A stretch of DNA of 64,000 nucleotides from Octopus sinensis (Eukaryota). The position numbers and the translations under genes are program-made. The notes beneath the pieces are model-generated. The model searched no databases. It was not told the DNA's origin and was given only the letters and a program-made list of their open reading frames with translations. The stretch covers positions 1 to 64,000 of the forward strand of contig NW_021833039.1 in the NCBI RefSeq assembly GCF_006345805.1, given 5' to 3'. Shown here in pieces: positions 23,608 to 36,364 of the stretch. The stretch's first letter is position 1; each line of letters begins with the position of its first letter.

Positions 23608-24191
23608 ATTCAACCGGATTGAATTTTCAAACTCCTTAGATCCCTATGGAATGCCGAATCATCTTTTAAAGTTAAAGATAGGCGTTCCAGTGGTTTTATT
23701 ACGAAATCTTGCGCCACCTAAATTATGCAATGGAACGAGGTTAGTTATCAAAAATTTGATGGCTAACGTAATAGAGGCGACGATATTAACAGGTAAGTAT
23801 AGAGGTGAGGATGTTTATATTCCACGAATTCCGATAATTTCTGATGAATTACCATTTAGATTTAAAAGGCTGCAATTTCCTTTAAGGATGAGTTTTGCAA
23901 TGACAATAAACAAGGCCCAGGGACAGTCATTAAAGGTAGTTGGGTTATTTTTAGAGAGTGAGTGCTTTTCACATGGACAGCTGTATGTGGGATGCTCGAG
24001 GGTAGGCAGAAGAGAAAATTTATTCATATATGCCAAGGAAGGACGGACGACAAACATCGTTTATCAACAGGCGATAGAATAGGGTTAAATAAACCAGTAG
24101 TTTTATACATCTACATAACTTATAGTTGTTTGATGAAACAGGCCCTCCGCAGGAGCTAGGTCGCGGTGAGCGAAGCGAGCTGCCGAGCTAG
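23608..24191 (+). mobile_element. 5'-truncated Helitron copy (PIF1 helicase C-terminus, open frame), ending CTAG
   Basis: ORF 23582-24082 with CNGTRL, KAQGQSL and [12 protein letters not shown] motifs; CTAG at 24188-24191 followed by T. Confidence 0.85.
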
Positions 24192-24476
24192 TATTCTATT
24201 AAAAATTTAAAAGTGTAAATAAAATATTTACTAGTTTCTGTTTGTGATAATGTGGAAATTTGATGAGAAAGATTTGAATACAGCATTCGTAAAGAATTAT
24301 TTTCTGGAACTTGAATTTGAACGTGATCGGTGTGAGTATTGCCACAGGATGTTGCGGAAAAAATCTGCAAGTACATATGTACTTGATGGACAGGTGCGTG
24401 GTCATATAAAATGTCTGGCCATCGTATTTGGAGATGACTGTTTTGAAAAGTTTGAATCGATTAGTAGTGTGTATTA

Positions 24477-25346
24477 TGTCGCGAGCGCAGCGCGCGACCG
24501 AGCGCTAGACGCGACTTTGACAGCTAACAAGCCTGTCATCAACAAATAAGACGAGGCGATATGCCATCAAATTGGCAAATGGACTCCAGTTGGACCAACC
24601 CATCCCTCAAGTGATGGAAGACGCGACGGAAACGGTTGGAAGTGTTCTTGAGAGAGCCTTTTCTTCTCGAATTAAATTTTAAAAAAAAAAAAAAAAAAAG
24701 AGGGAAACAACGAAGAAGAGGCATACGTTGTCTCATTAACTTTCTCCCTCTTTTTTCGGCTTTTCCGTTAATAAAAATTCATTCATTCATTCATTCATTC
24801 ATCAACAAATATATTTATTAAATTATTTAAAATTTTAACATGATTTAAAATTAAAATTGAAATAACTTAAGTTTTCCATTGAATCCCATAAAATAATTTA
24901 TAAGTAGACCTTAATAGAAAAAGTAAAATCAATGAATACTGAACGCTAATTGGTTTAGGTTGTGAGGGGGGTAATAATTTAACAGATCTCATTGCTATTT
25001 TTTCGTTTTAATCTCTAAAATTAGGTCTTCTAATCAAAATGAACTGTGCAGACAGGCTTGCTCCTTCAGAAGATTCTTGTTTTGACATTTTAATAAATTA
25101 TGAAGCATTTAGATTTTTTTCTCATTATTCTAAAATATCCATTATAAATTTTAAAATATTATTTTTATTTATGAAATCGGTTTTAAAGCTCATTCTGCTT
25201 TGGCATCGATTTTAAATTTTGTTATCGAATATATTTAAACCCAAATACCAGCCTGGGTATTTGTCAATTTATAGATTTGTTGATTGGTCGGATCTAGAAA
25301 TTGAGTGGTCGCTCGCTGCGCTCGGTCGCTCGCTGCGCTCGCGACA
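24477..25346. mobile_element. 870-bp non-coding insertion with TGT...ACA termini, ~29-bp TIRs and 5-bp TSD (Ginger-like MITE or solo LTR)
   Basis: TATTA|TGTCGCGAGCGCAGCG...CGCTGCGCTCGCGACA|TATTA. The empty site is visible in the left arm (GTGTG-TATTA-TAATG at ~20890). Confidence 0.9.
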
Positions 25347-26306
25347 TATTATAATGATTAATAATCGTTTGTGTTTCCTTATTTATTAGTTATTTTAAAG
25401 CATTTTTGGGGTGGCCTTGCGAGTCATGCGGAAGTGTGGAAGGAAATTGTTTTAAGGAATAAAAATCTTGTTTATTCACTTGAACTGGACCAAAAACGGA
25501 TTTGATTATCCACCCACTTCATTTCTCACGGGTGAGTCATTAAAAACCACTTTCATCAAAAATCTCGATCTCTTCTTTAAAATGCTATTTTAAAACTATA
25601 TTTCACGCGAAAATCGTTATCAGGTGGAAAAAGAGGGTTGGGTTGGGATAAACAAGAATCATCGTGCCCACAATCTTCCATTGGGAAACAACCAAATCTC
25701 CTTCTCTGATATTAACATCTGAAGTACTTGTGATGCTAACACGACATTCTTTTAGGGGGTTATTAGTCTCCACAGGGACATCTTTCAGAGAATTGATTCT
25801 ATGGACTTATAATATCATTTTTCTCGTCTTAGAGACAGGTACCTATTCAAGTTATAAATTGACTAGTATGAATGTTTTTTAATCAAATGAATTTATTATT
25901 TTTTGATTTATAATTTGTTTTCTATCTAGATTGACGTCGAGAAAGCGTTCGAATCAATCACGACTTTCTGTATCAGGTCCTTAAAAACTTTTCATAGAGA
26001 ACCTTGTAACGAAGTAGATAATTAAGTTAACCGTGAACTATATTAGAAGATGTTGAAACTAAATGCAGTCATTCAAAATAAAACAGTAGGATCAATAGCT
26101 ACGAAATGTGGGACTACATTTTGTCATTTAATTTGGTCTCCTTGCTGCAATTTACTTGCAGACTCTTTCCTGAACAAACTACATACAAATTGCCATTTTA
26201 TCAGACACTTTTCTACTCCGACTTGGGCCCAACCAAATTTGATTAATCTAAAAGATGAGATGTATTCACCATTGGATATGTCCTGGTCAATCAATATAAA
26301 TATATA

Positions 26307-27817
26307 CACTCCTCGACAAAAAAATGATTCAAAATTCATATTTAGTTTTTCTTTGAAAATCTTATAAATATTCTAATTTCAAAAAACTTAGTAGATTAGT
26401 TGTAATTATTATTATTTAATTTTAATAAAATATTTGTTAATTACATTAATTTGGAAAAATTAAAAGCATGACACACAATATGTTAGTATATGTCAGTGAC
26501 AAAAAAAATGATTCAAAATTAACCCATTCCTAATTAATATCTGGTATGCTTTCCTTTTGCCGTAAAAATTTCCCAGCATCGTTTTTTAACTGATAGAATA
26601 AGTTTTTCAATAAAATGTTTTGGAATATTTTTCCAAATATGGAGAAGTTCCTGCTTTAGTTCTTTGACATTTTTTACATCGACTTTGCGTAATTCAGCCT
26701 TCATATGAGCCCATATGTGCTCAATTGGGTTCAGATCATGTTTTCTTTTTCGAAATAATCCATAATTAACTTAGCAGTATGACAAGGTGGATTGTCCTGC
26801 TGAAAAATGAAATCGCAAAGTCCCATTTTTGCAACAGATCTCTGTAGCTTGTTGGCTAAAAGGTTTAAATATTTCGCCGAATTTAATGTCCCGTCAACAC
26901 AAACTAATTCTCCAACCCCGTTAAAAGAAAAACATCTCCATACCATGAGTTTCCCTATTTTTTGTTCTGTAAAATTTCAGACCAAATCAACCTGTTCCAA
27001 ATTTTACAGTTGTTGAAATATTTTTAGACTTAAATTGTTCACCGCTTTTCCTATAAACTATTTTTCTTGTTTTGTTTGGAATCACGTGAAAAACGCATTC
27101 ATCCGAAAAAATTCTACTTTTCCATTCGTCATAAGATATGGTTAAAAATTTTTTCGTTATTTTCAATCTTTTTTCAGTGTTTTTTTGTTCAAAAATGGTT
27201 TATATTTAGCGACACGCCCAAATATACCATTTTCGTTTAGATTTCTTATAATTGTTCTTGATGAAATTTTTTTATTTGTTAGTTTCCCGATTTCATTTGA
27301 GATCTCTTTCGATGTTTTTGTTGGATTTGCTTCAGAATATTTTATCAATTCTTTTAAATCATTTTCATTAAGTATTTTTGGTCGTCCAGATCCTGGTTTT
27401 CGATGAATCGTGCCTGTCTTCTTGTATCGTTGGATAAAATTAGACAATGTTGCCTCATGTACCCCGACTTTTGAAGAAATTGCCCAAAATGGCATTTTGG
27501 TTTCATATAAGGCAATAATTTTTCCTTTCGTGAAGTCATCCATATGATTTTTCCTAAAATACAGATATTAAAATCTTATAAAGAGATATTTGTTTGGATA
27601 ATTTTTTTGAATCATTTTTTTTGTCACTGACATATACTAACACATTGTGTGTCGTGCTTTTAATTTTTCCAAATTAATGTAATTAACAAATATTTTATTA
27701 AAATTAAATAATAATAATTACAACTAATCTACTAAGTTTTTTGAAATTAGAATATTTATAAGATTTTCAAAGAAAAACTAAATATGAATTTTGAATCATT
27801 TTTTTTGTCGAGGAGTG
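26307..27817 (-). mobile_element. Tc1-family DD34E transposon with ~212-bp IR/DR-type TIRs, defective
   Basis: TA|CACTCCTCGACAAAA...TTTTGTCGAGGAGTG|TA, with direct repeat AAAAATGATTCAAAA at both ends of each TIR. Transposase pieces: paired-like HTH (27163-27543), FSDE, FQQDNPPCH, DLNPIEHIW; broken by frameshifts and a deletion. Confidence 0.92.
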
Positions 27818-27819
27818 TA

Positions 27820-30190
27820 GTTTGAGGCATCCTGGGTTTCCGATAAGAATTACCTCAGCCACTTTACACCCAGAGAAAATCATCCCAAGTCGCAAGCTCC
27901 CGCTAAACAAAACCTGTAAGGCGGTGATCAACCACGGCGGGGTCTTCTTAAAGATGCCCATAGGGATTTGATCCAGACCCGCCGCGGTGTTCTTACTTCG
28001 GAAGATCGGTGTTCGAATCTCCGCATCGGAAATATCGCCTGCATCGTCCCTTGATATGTCCAGCTGGCAGCGCTTGTCTCATGACTAGGGCAATTTAAGT
28101 GCTAAAATGCTATTTTTACTTTTTATATTTTTTTAATATAAAATTGAATTTGGAATAATTATTTTTTAATTTTGTTAAAAAAACATACATTATAAATGCT
28201 ATAAATGCTATTTGTAATTTTAAATGCTAATTTTTTTTTAATGCTAATTTAAATTGCATTTAAAATTTTTTTAATGCCACCCATATTAAATAAAATAATT
28301 TAGCACAGTGATGCCAAAACCCAAGTGTTCGTTGCTTAAGAAAGCCAAGCGTATAGTCTCAGAATTCAAAGATGAGTTTTGTATTGCTGACCATGGCCTT
28401 CTATTTTGTTCTCTTTGTTTATCCAAAGTCAACTGTGCAAAAAAATTTTCTGTCGATTCTCATCGTTCTTCTTTAAACATCAGAACAATATGCGTATAAA
28501 TGTAATACAATTGTAGGTCAATTCATGTGATTCAGTTCAAACAAGATTAACTGAATCAATCAAAGTAGATTCGGTTAAAGAAACGATCACGGAAGCTTTT
28601 GTACAAGCAAACATCCCGCTATACAAATTAAAAAATGATTCGATCAAAAAAATGTTTAAAACATTTAACATTAACACTCCGTCCGAATTTTCATGCAGAA
28701 CTACGGTTAAATTTCTTGCACAAAAAAGATAAATGAGTTGACAAAATTATTAACGTATTAAAGTTTATTTTTTAACTTTTAGAAACGAAAAGATTTTTAT
28801 AATAATTGATGAAACAGATATCCGAAGGATGCAAACCACTAGAAAATCATGCCAATGCTGCTATCATCTGCCAAATAATAGATGACGTCATTAGTGAAAT
28901 GAAGATTATTCGTGACAATTTTTATCTGTTAATCTCAGATGCCGCTCCTTATATGATTTCTGGTGATATAAAAGTATCTAAATAAATAGGCGGTAAAACT
29001 TTAATGGTCATGTATAACAACATGCATCATGTGACTTGTGTTTCTCATTTGTTACACAATACGGTTTTACGTATAAAGTCTGCATATCCGGAAATAGATG
29101 GCTTAATTGCAAGCATTAAAGCTGCCATAGTAAAAAACCGAAGACGTCGTAATTTGTTTAAGGATGTTGGATACCCACCTTGATGTCGTAATTACTAGGT
29201 ATACTTTTTCTTAATTTATGCAGATGTGGAAGTTGGTTTAAAGCAGCGAAATATTATTTCACGAATTTTGAAAAAATTTGTGAAATTGTTAACGCATTTC
29301 AGTCAGATGGAGTTTTAGTATCAAATGCTAAACATCATGTAAATCATCCCGATATTAAGTTGAAATTAACGGAGATAAAATTTAAATGTTATTTTTATTA
29401 TTTTGCGCCTGGGGATCATATCGAACACAGAGAGAAGATGCGTAGTCTGATTGGGAATGTCGTGATCACCTAATTAATCTTGTTTTCTGGCCTGACGGTG
29501 CTCTTGGTTTTTAAATAAATAAATTTTTACTATTTTAAGTTATAGATTTTACAATTTTAAATGCTAGATTTGATCATTTTAAGTGCTAATTTTTTAAATT
29601 ATAAATGCTAGATTTAGCGTAAAAATTTTTTTTAAGTGCTAGAAAAAAATTGCCCTACTCATGACAGTATCTGCTGGATAGTATCAAAGGACGGTGTATC
29701 CACGAACTGACTTCCGTCAGTTTCAGAGATGTCATTGAGGTGGGTTGAAAATATTTCAGCCACCTCAACCTGGTCCGAGAAGAGGGTTCGATAAGGCGCA
29801 CTAAATTTGCCTCTGCTGTCCCCGACAGGCTCTTCAGCTGTTTCCAGAAGTCTGGGAAGCGGGCGTCAACTCGTCTGCAAGCCCGCTTTTCTGATCTTCT
29901 GATCTCCCTTTTAAGCCGGCTAATCCAGACACGAAACCAAAAACGGTTTACCTCGTAAACGTATTTGTCCCGTAGTCTGGACAGCCGGCGCTTGAACCTA
30001 ATTTTATTTAACATCCGGTACGGGAGCGTGAGATGTGACTGCCCCTGCACTGAGTTCTGTTTGAAATTATTTCGCATATAATCAGTCAGGGCAGCATTGA
30101 TCCCATTATCTAGCGCCTCCAACTCACGTATTTTGGCACAGGTATTCCCCACCAGAAGTGAGGGCAACCTGCTGGCCATGAACCTCTCCA
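27820..30190 (-). mobile_element. LINE ORF2 fragment (endonuclease-RT linker and RT domain 0) interrupted by a hAT element
   Basis: FWKQLKSL at 29.8 kb continues across the hAT target site into KNTAAGLDQIPMGIFKK at 27.96 kb. Confidence 0.7.
28086..29657 (+). mobile_element. hAT-superfamily element with CGGBP-like transposase relic
   Basis: 8-bp TSD CTCATGAC (28078-28085 and 29658-29665); TIR TAGGGCAATTT. Motifs LFCSLCLSKVNCAKKFSVDSH, LLISDAAPYM and HVTCVSHLLHN. Confidence 0.85.
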
Positions 30191-31629
30191 GGTTGGCTCA
30201 AGAACCCAATCGGAAATCAAAGTATCTCGGAATCCTTTTAGGAACTGACTCCAGAGTTCGTGCAATGAAGGCAACTTATCCATGTGACTTTTAAAGAAAA
30301 TTGAGACAACTCCATGTCAAGACAATTAAAATAATCCTTAATTTTGCTTCATTGAGGATTGACAGTTTGTTTGCAAGCAAATTTGTTTATTCACAGATGT
30401 CAAAATCAGGCAGCTCTATCTGCAAGATTTATCTTTCCCATTCTCAAATTTCATGGATTTTGAAGAACTGGTTATTTTGGATAATTATTCAAATTTATTA
30501 TTCAAATTATTTTACATGCGGAAATCCTTCCTTCCTTTTTCTTGGAGTTGTTTCTTATCTCATCAGTGTTGTTGACATCTACCCTTTTGCCATTATGTCT
30601 TCTTTTTCTGTCTTTTTCTTCTCCGATTGCCTTATCAACTCCACAAGCTGATTTGACTCCAATTTTCGTTTTTTTCTTGTCTGAAGCTACTGTCGGTTCT
30701 GAATGTGAACAATTCCTTTAGGTTTTCCGATTCTTCTCCCAATTTCCAAAAACCACAACTAATTTTATTATATTTCTTTGTTTTTTGCCAATATTCATTT
30801 TGGTTAACAATATTCCATCGTCTTACAGCTCTCAGAAGTGTGAGATATGAGTTGAGAAGCAGCTCAACACTACGCAAAGTCGACAAGGAATTGTTTTCAT
30901 TGATTAAAAATAATGCATTTCATCTAAATTGTAGAAAAGTTGTGTACTTTTCATTGTTTTCTAATTCTTTAAGATTGATAAAATGGATTATGTATTTTCT
31001 GTATGGAACACTTAAGGACATTCACAATAAACGAACAATCTGGCAAATAGACGTCCTCGAAATTATCGACATTTTAGTATGACAACAGTTTATAAGGTTA
31101 GATTTTCTCGAGCCAAGATACAACTTCCGATTCTAGTGCAAGGAATTTTCCGCAAGATAGACGACTTTTCCCCCAAAAAATTGGATTAATAGAGGCTATT
31201 CCGCTTTTATTTATTTTTAGATCGTTTAGCCATCTTCTGGAAATTTTTTTCTTCAAAATTGCTTTTTCTCAAAAGATAACCGAGTACACTTCCGCATGGT
31301 GAATAAATGTGGAAATTATTTTATTGTTTTAATTTAAACCATTTTCTCTTACCTTCCGGGCTTAGCGTGGCGTTACGGGGTCCACCATGTCAGTTGGAAA
31401 TTCCTTCGGATATGGCAACGCTCAGGAGGCACTTAATGCCTACCGAAAAAGGACTCTTAGCTTCTCAGACCCTGGGACATCGTCGTCTCAGGCCGATCTT
31501 GCGGGAAGGATTGAACCTTTCAGAAGGATCTCCCTCGTTTGGATCGGTGATCACGAGAATAACTATAATTAACTGGCTTTGCTCGTGTTTGGTCTTTAAA
31601 TAATAATTTCAAATTAAAAAATTAAAAAT

Positions 31630-31756
31630 AGTGGCGAGTAACTGAAACTGGCGAGTAACTGAATTCTTCCTATAAAATTTGATTTTTCGTTAAAAAAGTG
31701 GCGACTAACTGAGGTGGCGAGTAAGTGGGGTGGCGACTAACCGGGGTTTGAATGTA
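31630..31756. repeat. Probable single terminus of a Tc1/pogo-like element with subterminal GTGGCGAGTAA repeats
   Basis: Five GTGGCGA(G/C)TAA-type repeats ending GGGTTTGAATG|TA; partner end not found. Confidence 0.4.
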
Positions 31757-32329
31757 TTAATAATTTTAAAAAAAATTATATATTTAATAACATTTACAAA
31801 TAAAAAATTTTGTTCATTTTTTATATTGTTAAAATTCTATTTAGATATTTTTTTGATTCGTTTCTTGGAAATTTTAGGAAAAATGTAGTGTTCGTTTTTT
31901 ATTTTGGTTTACTGTAATTTACTATAAATTACCAAAATACGAATATATCTTCTGAATTTAATTCCTTTAATTTATATCAATCAGTAAATAGCCGACGCTT
32001 ATTTAAGCACCTATCTAGAGATATCTAGAGACGAGTTTTGTAGAAAACTAAACCTCTTTCTTGCTGTCGAGCACCAATGTACTTTGGAAAATATTGTTTA
32101 ATTATTCATTTTACTTTAATTTTATTTTAATAAAAAAATATTTTTTTGCATTAAACTAAACTTGGATCATCGATAACTTTCAAAAATGATGCCGTTCATG
32201 GAAAGAGAGACGACTAATAATTTATAGATAAGATTAACTAAATATTGGTCCTCCCGTTTTTTTGTCAGATTTTTCAGCGTGTTTTATTGCTCCATTTGCT
32301 AATTTAATTATATCTTCTTTTGTGGAATG

Positions 32330-33420
32330 TTCGCTCGGGTAACTAAATTAATTGTATATGGAAACTTTTTGTGCATGCTTAAATGCCGGGCGAGATCCTG
32401 AACCAATCGTAGATATTTTTGTATGACATCTAGCAATCCTTTCACGGTCGATTATTGAAATAAAATCATTGTCCCGTCAAAACATACAAAAATGACTCGC
32501 TAAACATTCAGAAAACTTAAGTTTACAGTATATTTGCATTCCATTTTTATAGATTTCAAAAACTTGTGAATTCGCAGTTCTATCGTCAGGTGATCCACTC
32601 TTGAAGCATCTCTAAATGTTGAAAATATTAATAATTACGTGTACACATTTTTAATGTGTTCTACAAGATTTTTCGCGCCGTTTACTGATTCACTGTATGT
32701 TAATACTGAATTTATTGATAGCTGAAATATTTTTTTTCTGTGTCAAAGCCTATCATTTGTGATGCAATCTTTTCTAACTCTAATTTGAAACCATTGTAGC
32801 TGAACAAGCATTTTTTTGGTTATGCACGGGGGAATAAAACGTTCAGGAAATGATTTCGAATGTTTAAAGGCTAAAAGGGTCAGATACGATATTAAAGGAA
32901 CGCTTCCGAAACATGAATTTACCTTCATCGATATACACTCTTATCAAAGTTCTTTCCTATTAAGTTGAAAAATATTTTTTTAAAAGACTAAAGAAAACTG
33001 GTCATTGGTAGATAGCCAGAGTATTGCCTTTGACTATGGATATTCGTTCTGTTGAATACCGTTTCAAATTCATGCGTCAAAATTGTGAATTTTATTCGAG
33101 GAAGAGCTTTGAATCATAGATTGTTCAAAGCATTATGTATTGATTATGATGCTGACACCACTGTTCTTTTGTATCATACTGACTTTAGATGGAATTCAAG
33201 AGGTCGTGTTTTAACAAGATTCTCAGAGTTGAAATCAAGCAATTTCTATTTGAAAAAAACTCTGAACTACTTGATTCTATCAAATCTCCTGATTTTGTTA
33301 TTTTGGTGGCATATTTGGCTGACAATTTCAATCACCTTAACGAGTTGAATCTTTCAATTGAAGGGAAAGGGATAAGCATTATTAATGCTTCTGACAATCT
33401 AAATACCTTCAGGAATTGAC
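32330..33420 (+). mobile_element. Degenerate hAT (Charlie/ZBED5-ZBED8-like) transposase
   Basis: VKIVNFIRGRALNHRLFKALC...LLYHTDFRWNSRGRVLTRF and LVAYLADNFNHLNELNLSIEG; ends not resolved. Confidence 0.8.
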
Positions 33421-33690
33421 TTTTGTTATGGACTCTACAATTAGTAAAAGAGGACATATTTGCAGTTCAATTAATCTTGAATAAGTTGTATTTTAATGAA
33501 TAGTTGCTCCGCGTAGGAGACGATGGAAAAAACAATTCTCTTGCTTGTTGGGATCAAGCGAGGTCCACATGGAACCAGAATTGATCAAAATAATAATACA
33601 TTGACAAAGTAGAATTGCTTTTAACACTTTTTATTGACCAAGATATAACTATTTTTCCAAATTAATCAATTAAATTCTAATTCATCCACG

Positions 33691-35620
33691 TTAATTCTTT
33701 GATTGAAAGGACGAGCAAATAGACAGGCAGTTTCCGCGCAATATCGCGAGCGAAATGCGCTGAAAAAACCAGCTAGACTCACGTCTCTCGTGACTCTTCC
33801 TCGAGGTCATCAAGCCGATCTCCGAAAGGAACTCCAGGTCTTTTGGACCGATTATCCCACTCGTCTCGAAAGCCGGGGGGACGAAAATGCAGGTGTTCTC
33901 CAATGAGACGTACTTTGCGATTTTTTTCGCTTTGGCATGTGCGGAGGGTGAGCCAGGGCGGGAGGCAGAGTCGATGAGAGATGACGAGGAAAACGAGTCG
34001 AGACAGGTGACGTCCCAAACGAGAGCGAGTCCCCCCTTGAACGGGAATAGCGTGGACCCATCGGGACATTTTCCGTCACCACGGTCTAACCCAACCGGCT
34101 CCAGGACAGAAGGGAATCCAGCGGCGTTGAGCGCGCGCTTAACAATATCATTCAAGGCGGCATGTCTGGGTATTCGGCCGGCACTGAGGCGACAAGGGAA
34201 TGGGTTTAGCCTTCTCCTGTCAATGACTTTTCCGCATTTGCACTGATGTGCCTGGCAAATCTCGATCCCAAGGCGTAGACACAAACCAATGCGGACGAAT
34301 TCGTTGTCCAGGTACATTCCAGCAGAGGAAACCAGCAAAGCGTCAAGCCAATCGGGCGAGTGGGGTTGACAGGCACAATTAATGCTTGCACTACTCCTCT
34401 CGACGACATAGTGATTGCTTCAAGAAACAATTCCATCGACGCTGCAACAAACTCACTCCAAACTCATCTAGACTCTCTGACCAAATGGCTAGGATCTAAC
34501 CATATGACACATCATTTCTACTCTGGCCGATCAATGTAGATGTCTTTCAAAAATACTCTCAACCAACAATGGGAAAACTGCGAATAAACTAATCCATGAC
34601 TACATCTCCTCTCGTGCTATCAGGATGCTCAAAAACAACAAACTTCTCAACTCTCCCCCTCGTTGGTCCATTCCTCAGAGCAATCACTCGGCAGATACCT
34701 CCGTGTCCAGCTTGCTCAGATTCGCTCGGGACATCATCCACTCATTTTCGAAACATACCGTTCCTTCACCCCTGAAGACCTCTTCCCCTGTCCTGGACCG
34801 CCTCACTTGTCTCCGCCTATTGGGATTCGGGATCTCTGGGAGCGCCCGATCTTCGCGTCTCGCTACCTGATTGCAGCCGGCTTCCTACGTGTTAGTGAAG
34901 CCGGGGTAACATAACTAACTAACTAATGCTTGCCAATTGAAACTGGTCAGCACGTAGGCGGATATCTTCGAGTACATGCGAACAATTAAATCATCCCAGT
35001 TCTTTTGAACTGAGGGGACGTCCGGGGTTTTGAGCCCATGAGAAATCCACATGTTGACACCTGCCGCGTATTCCAACAACTCGAGGTGTTCAGAGAAAGA
35101 AAAGAGAACAGAGTTGACGAAATCAGCGGAAGCAGACAACGAGGAGAGGTAACATGGGAGGGATAAATCTCCACAAGAACGAATGCCGATGCTTCCCTAA
35201 CGAATAGGTAGATTAACCCGTCGCATGTCTGAAGGTTTGAATTTGATATTTACGAGTAGTTCAAGAGCTTTGGAGACCATGTTGTCGAGACGAGATAAAT
35301 GATTTTGTTCGAGAAAGCAGGGCGATGAGCTCCAATCAAAACCATGTTAAGCCACCTCACCGAGTCCAACTTCTAAATTTTCTCATCGTTGAATACTTAC
35401 AGTTCCACAACTACAATCACACTGCATTGACACTGGAAACCGGTATTAGGTCGACTGTAAGTCATAGAAACGGGGTCGCATTTCTTTATAAATCGTAGTG
35501 AAATGATGAGGCGGCTGACCCTCCAGGACAGTAACTGCACTGCCGCAATGTGATAATGCTTCCACTAGATCATTTAGTTCTCTCTTGACGAACATTCTCT
35601 TTGATGAAACTGAGATCTCT
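33691..35620 (-). mobile_element. CRE-clade non-LTR retrotransposon remnant (RT end + CCHC + restriction-like endonuclease), interrupted
   Basis: ORF 33691-34338 contains RIGLCLRLG, CKCG, RHAALNDIV, PDG..LFPF, WDVTC and FETSG, then QRISLAILRGN. The upstream portion (QKNWDD) lies at 34915-35620. Confidence 0.85.
34350..34926 (+). mobile_element. 3' end of another LINE inserted in the CRE remnant, with (TAAC)n tail
   Basis: DDIVIASR...QTHLDSLTKWL and LAQIRSGHH...DLWERP..ASRYL; tail TAACATAACTAACTAACTAA. Confidence 0.65.
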
Positions 35621-35777
35621 GAACAACACTAAATTATTTTTAAATACTGACTTTTTTATGTGCGTCCATTTCGTAAAAATACACTTTCTTCAATAAGTCA
35701 TCTTTCTTCTCAATTCATTTGGCACATTTGTTAATTTTTTTGATGGATCGTTCATAGAACTCATCTAAGGTCTAGAG

Positions 35778-36340
35778 CAGCGGTTCTCAAGAATTTTTAG
35801 CAGCACATTTTTTTAACTTAACAAAGATAAAGTATTTGTTATTTCAGTTTGAACGGAAGAAGATACATGTGATTTTTGTTTTACTGTGTACATCCAATTT
35901 AGAGTTGAGCGCTATCGCCGCACATTTTTTAAATAACTTTATAAACTACTTAGTCATATTTTCAAAATCTGGTACGATATTATATGTCGAGGTCCGCAAC
36001 AATAAACTTAAATAAACATCTATATCTGTTCTTAATTTTTCTTTCCGAAATTCGAAATTCCACATAATCTTAGCTATCTTGCTGAAAATGATTCGCTTAC
36101 GTATATTTTGATCAGAAAATTGAAGCATTCATATATGCATTATTCACTAGATTCTTAAATTTTTCTTTAGGTAGACATTGGTAAAATTCCAAAAGGGAAG
36201 TATTATAAAATAAGGCACTCAACTCTAAATTTCTTGTCAAATCACTTAATTACATTTGGAATCGTACAGGACATTCTCCAATTTTGACATCGAAGAGTGT
36301 CGCAAATATTTTCATTAAGGGTAAGTTTTCTCTAAAATTT
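35778..36340 (-). mobile_element. 3' end of a hAT (GTF2IRD2/Charlie-like) element
   Basis: Terminus CAGCGGTTCTCAA is preceded by GTCTAGAG, matching the nTCTAGAn Charlie target consensus. Dimerisation-domain-like residues lie on the minus strand. Confidence 0.65.
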
Positions 36341-36364
36341 TACATTTTAGTATACAATGGTAGT

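Larger units (their letters stand above)
23608..26542. repeat. Right arm of the inverted duplication
   Basis: Homology with the left arm starts at ATTCAACCGG (23608) and ends at TAATTAATATCT (26542), just inside the Tc1 element. Confidence 0.95.

Noticed and set aside
30190-31600. Possible LTR-integrase or other TE remnants
   Set aside because: Stop-riddled frames without diagnostic motifs.
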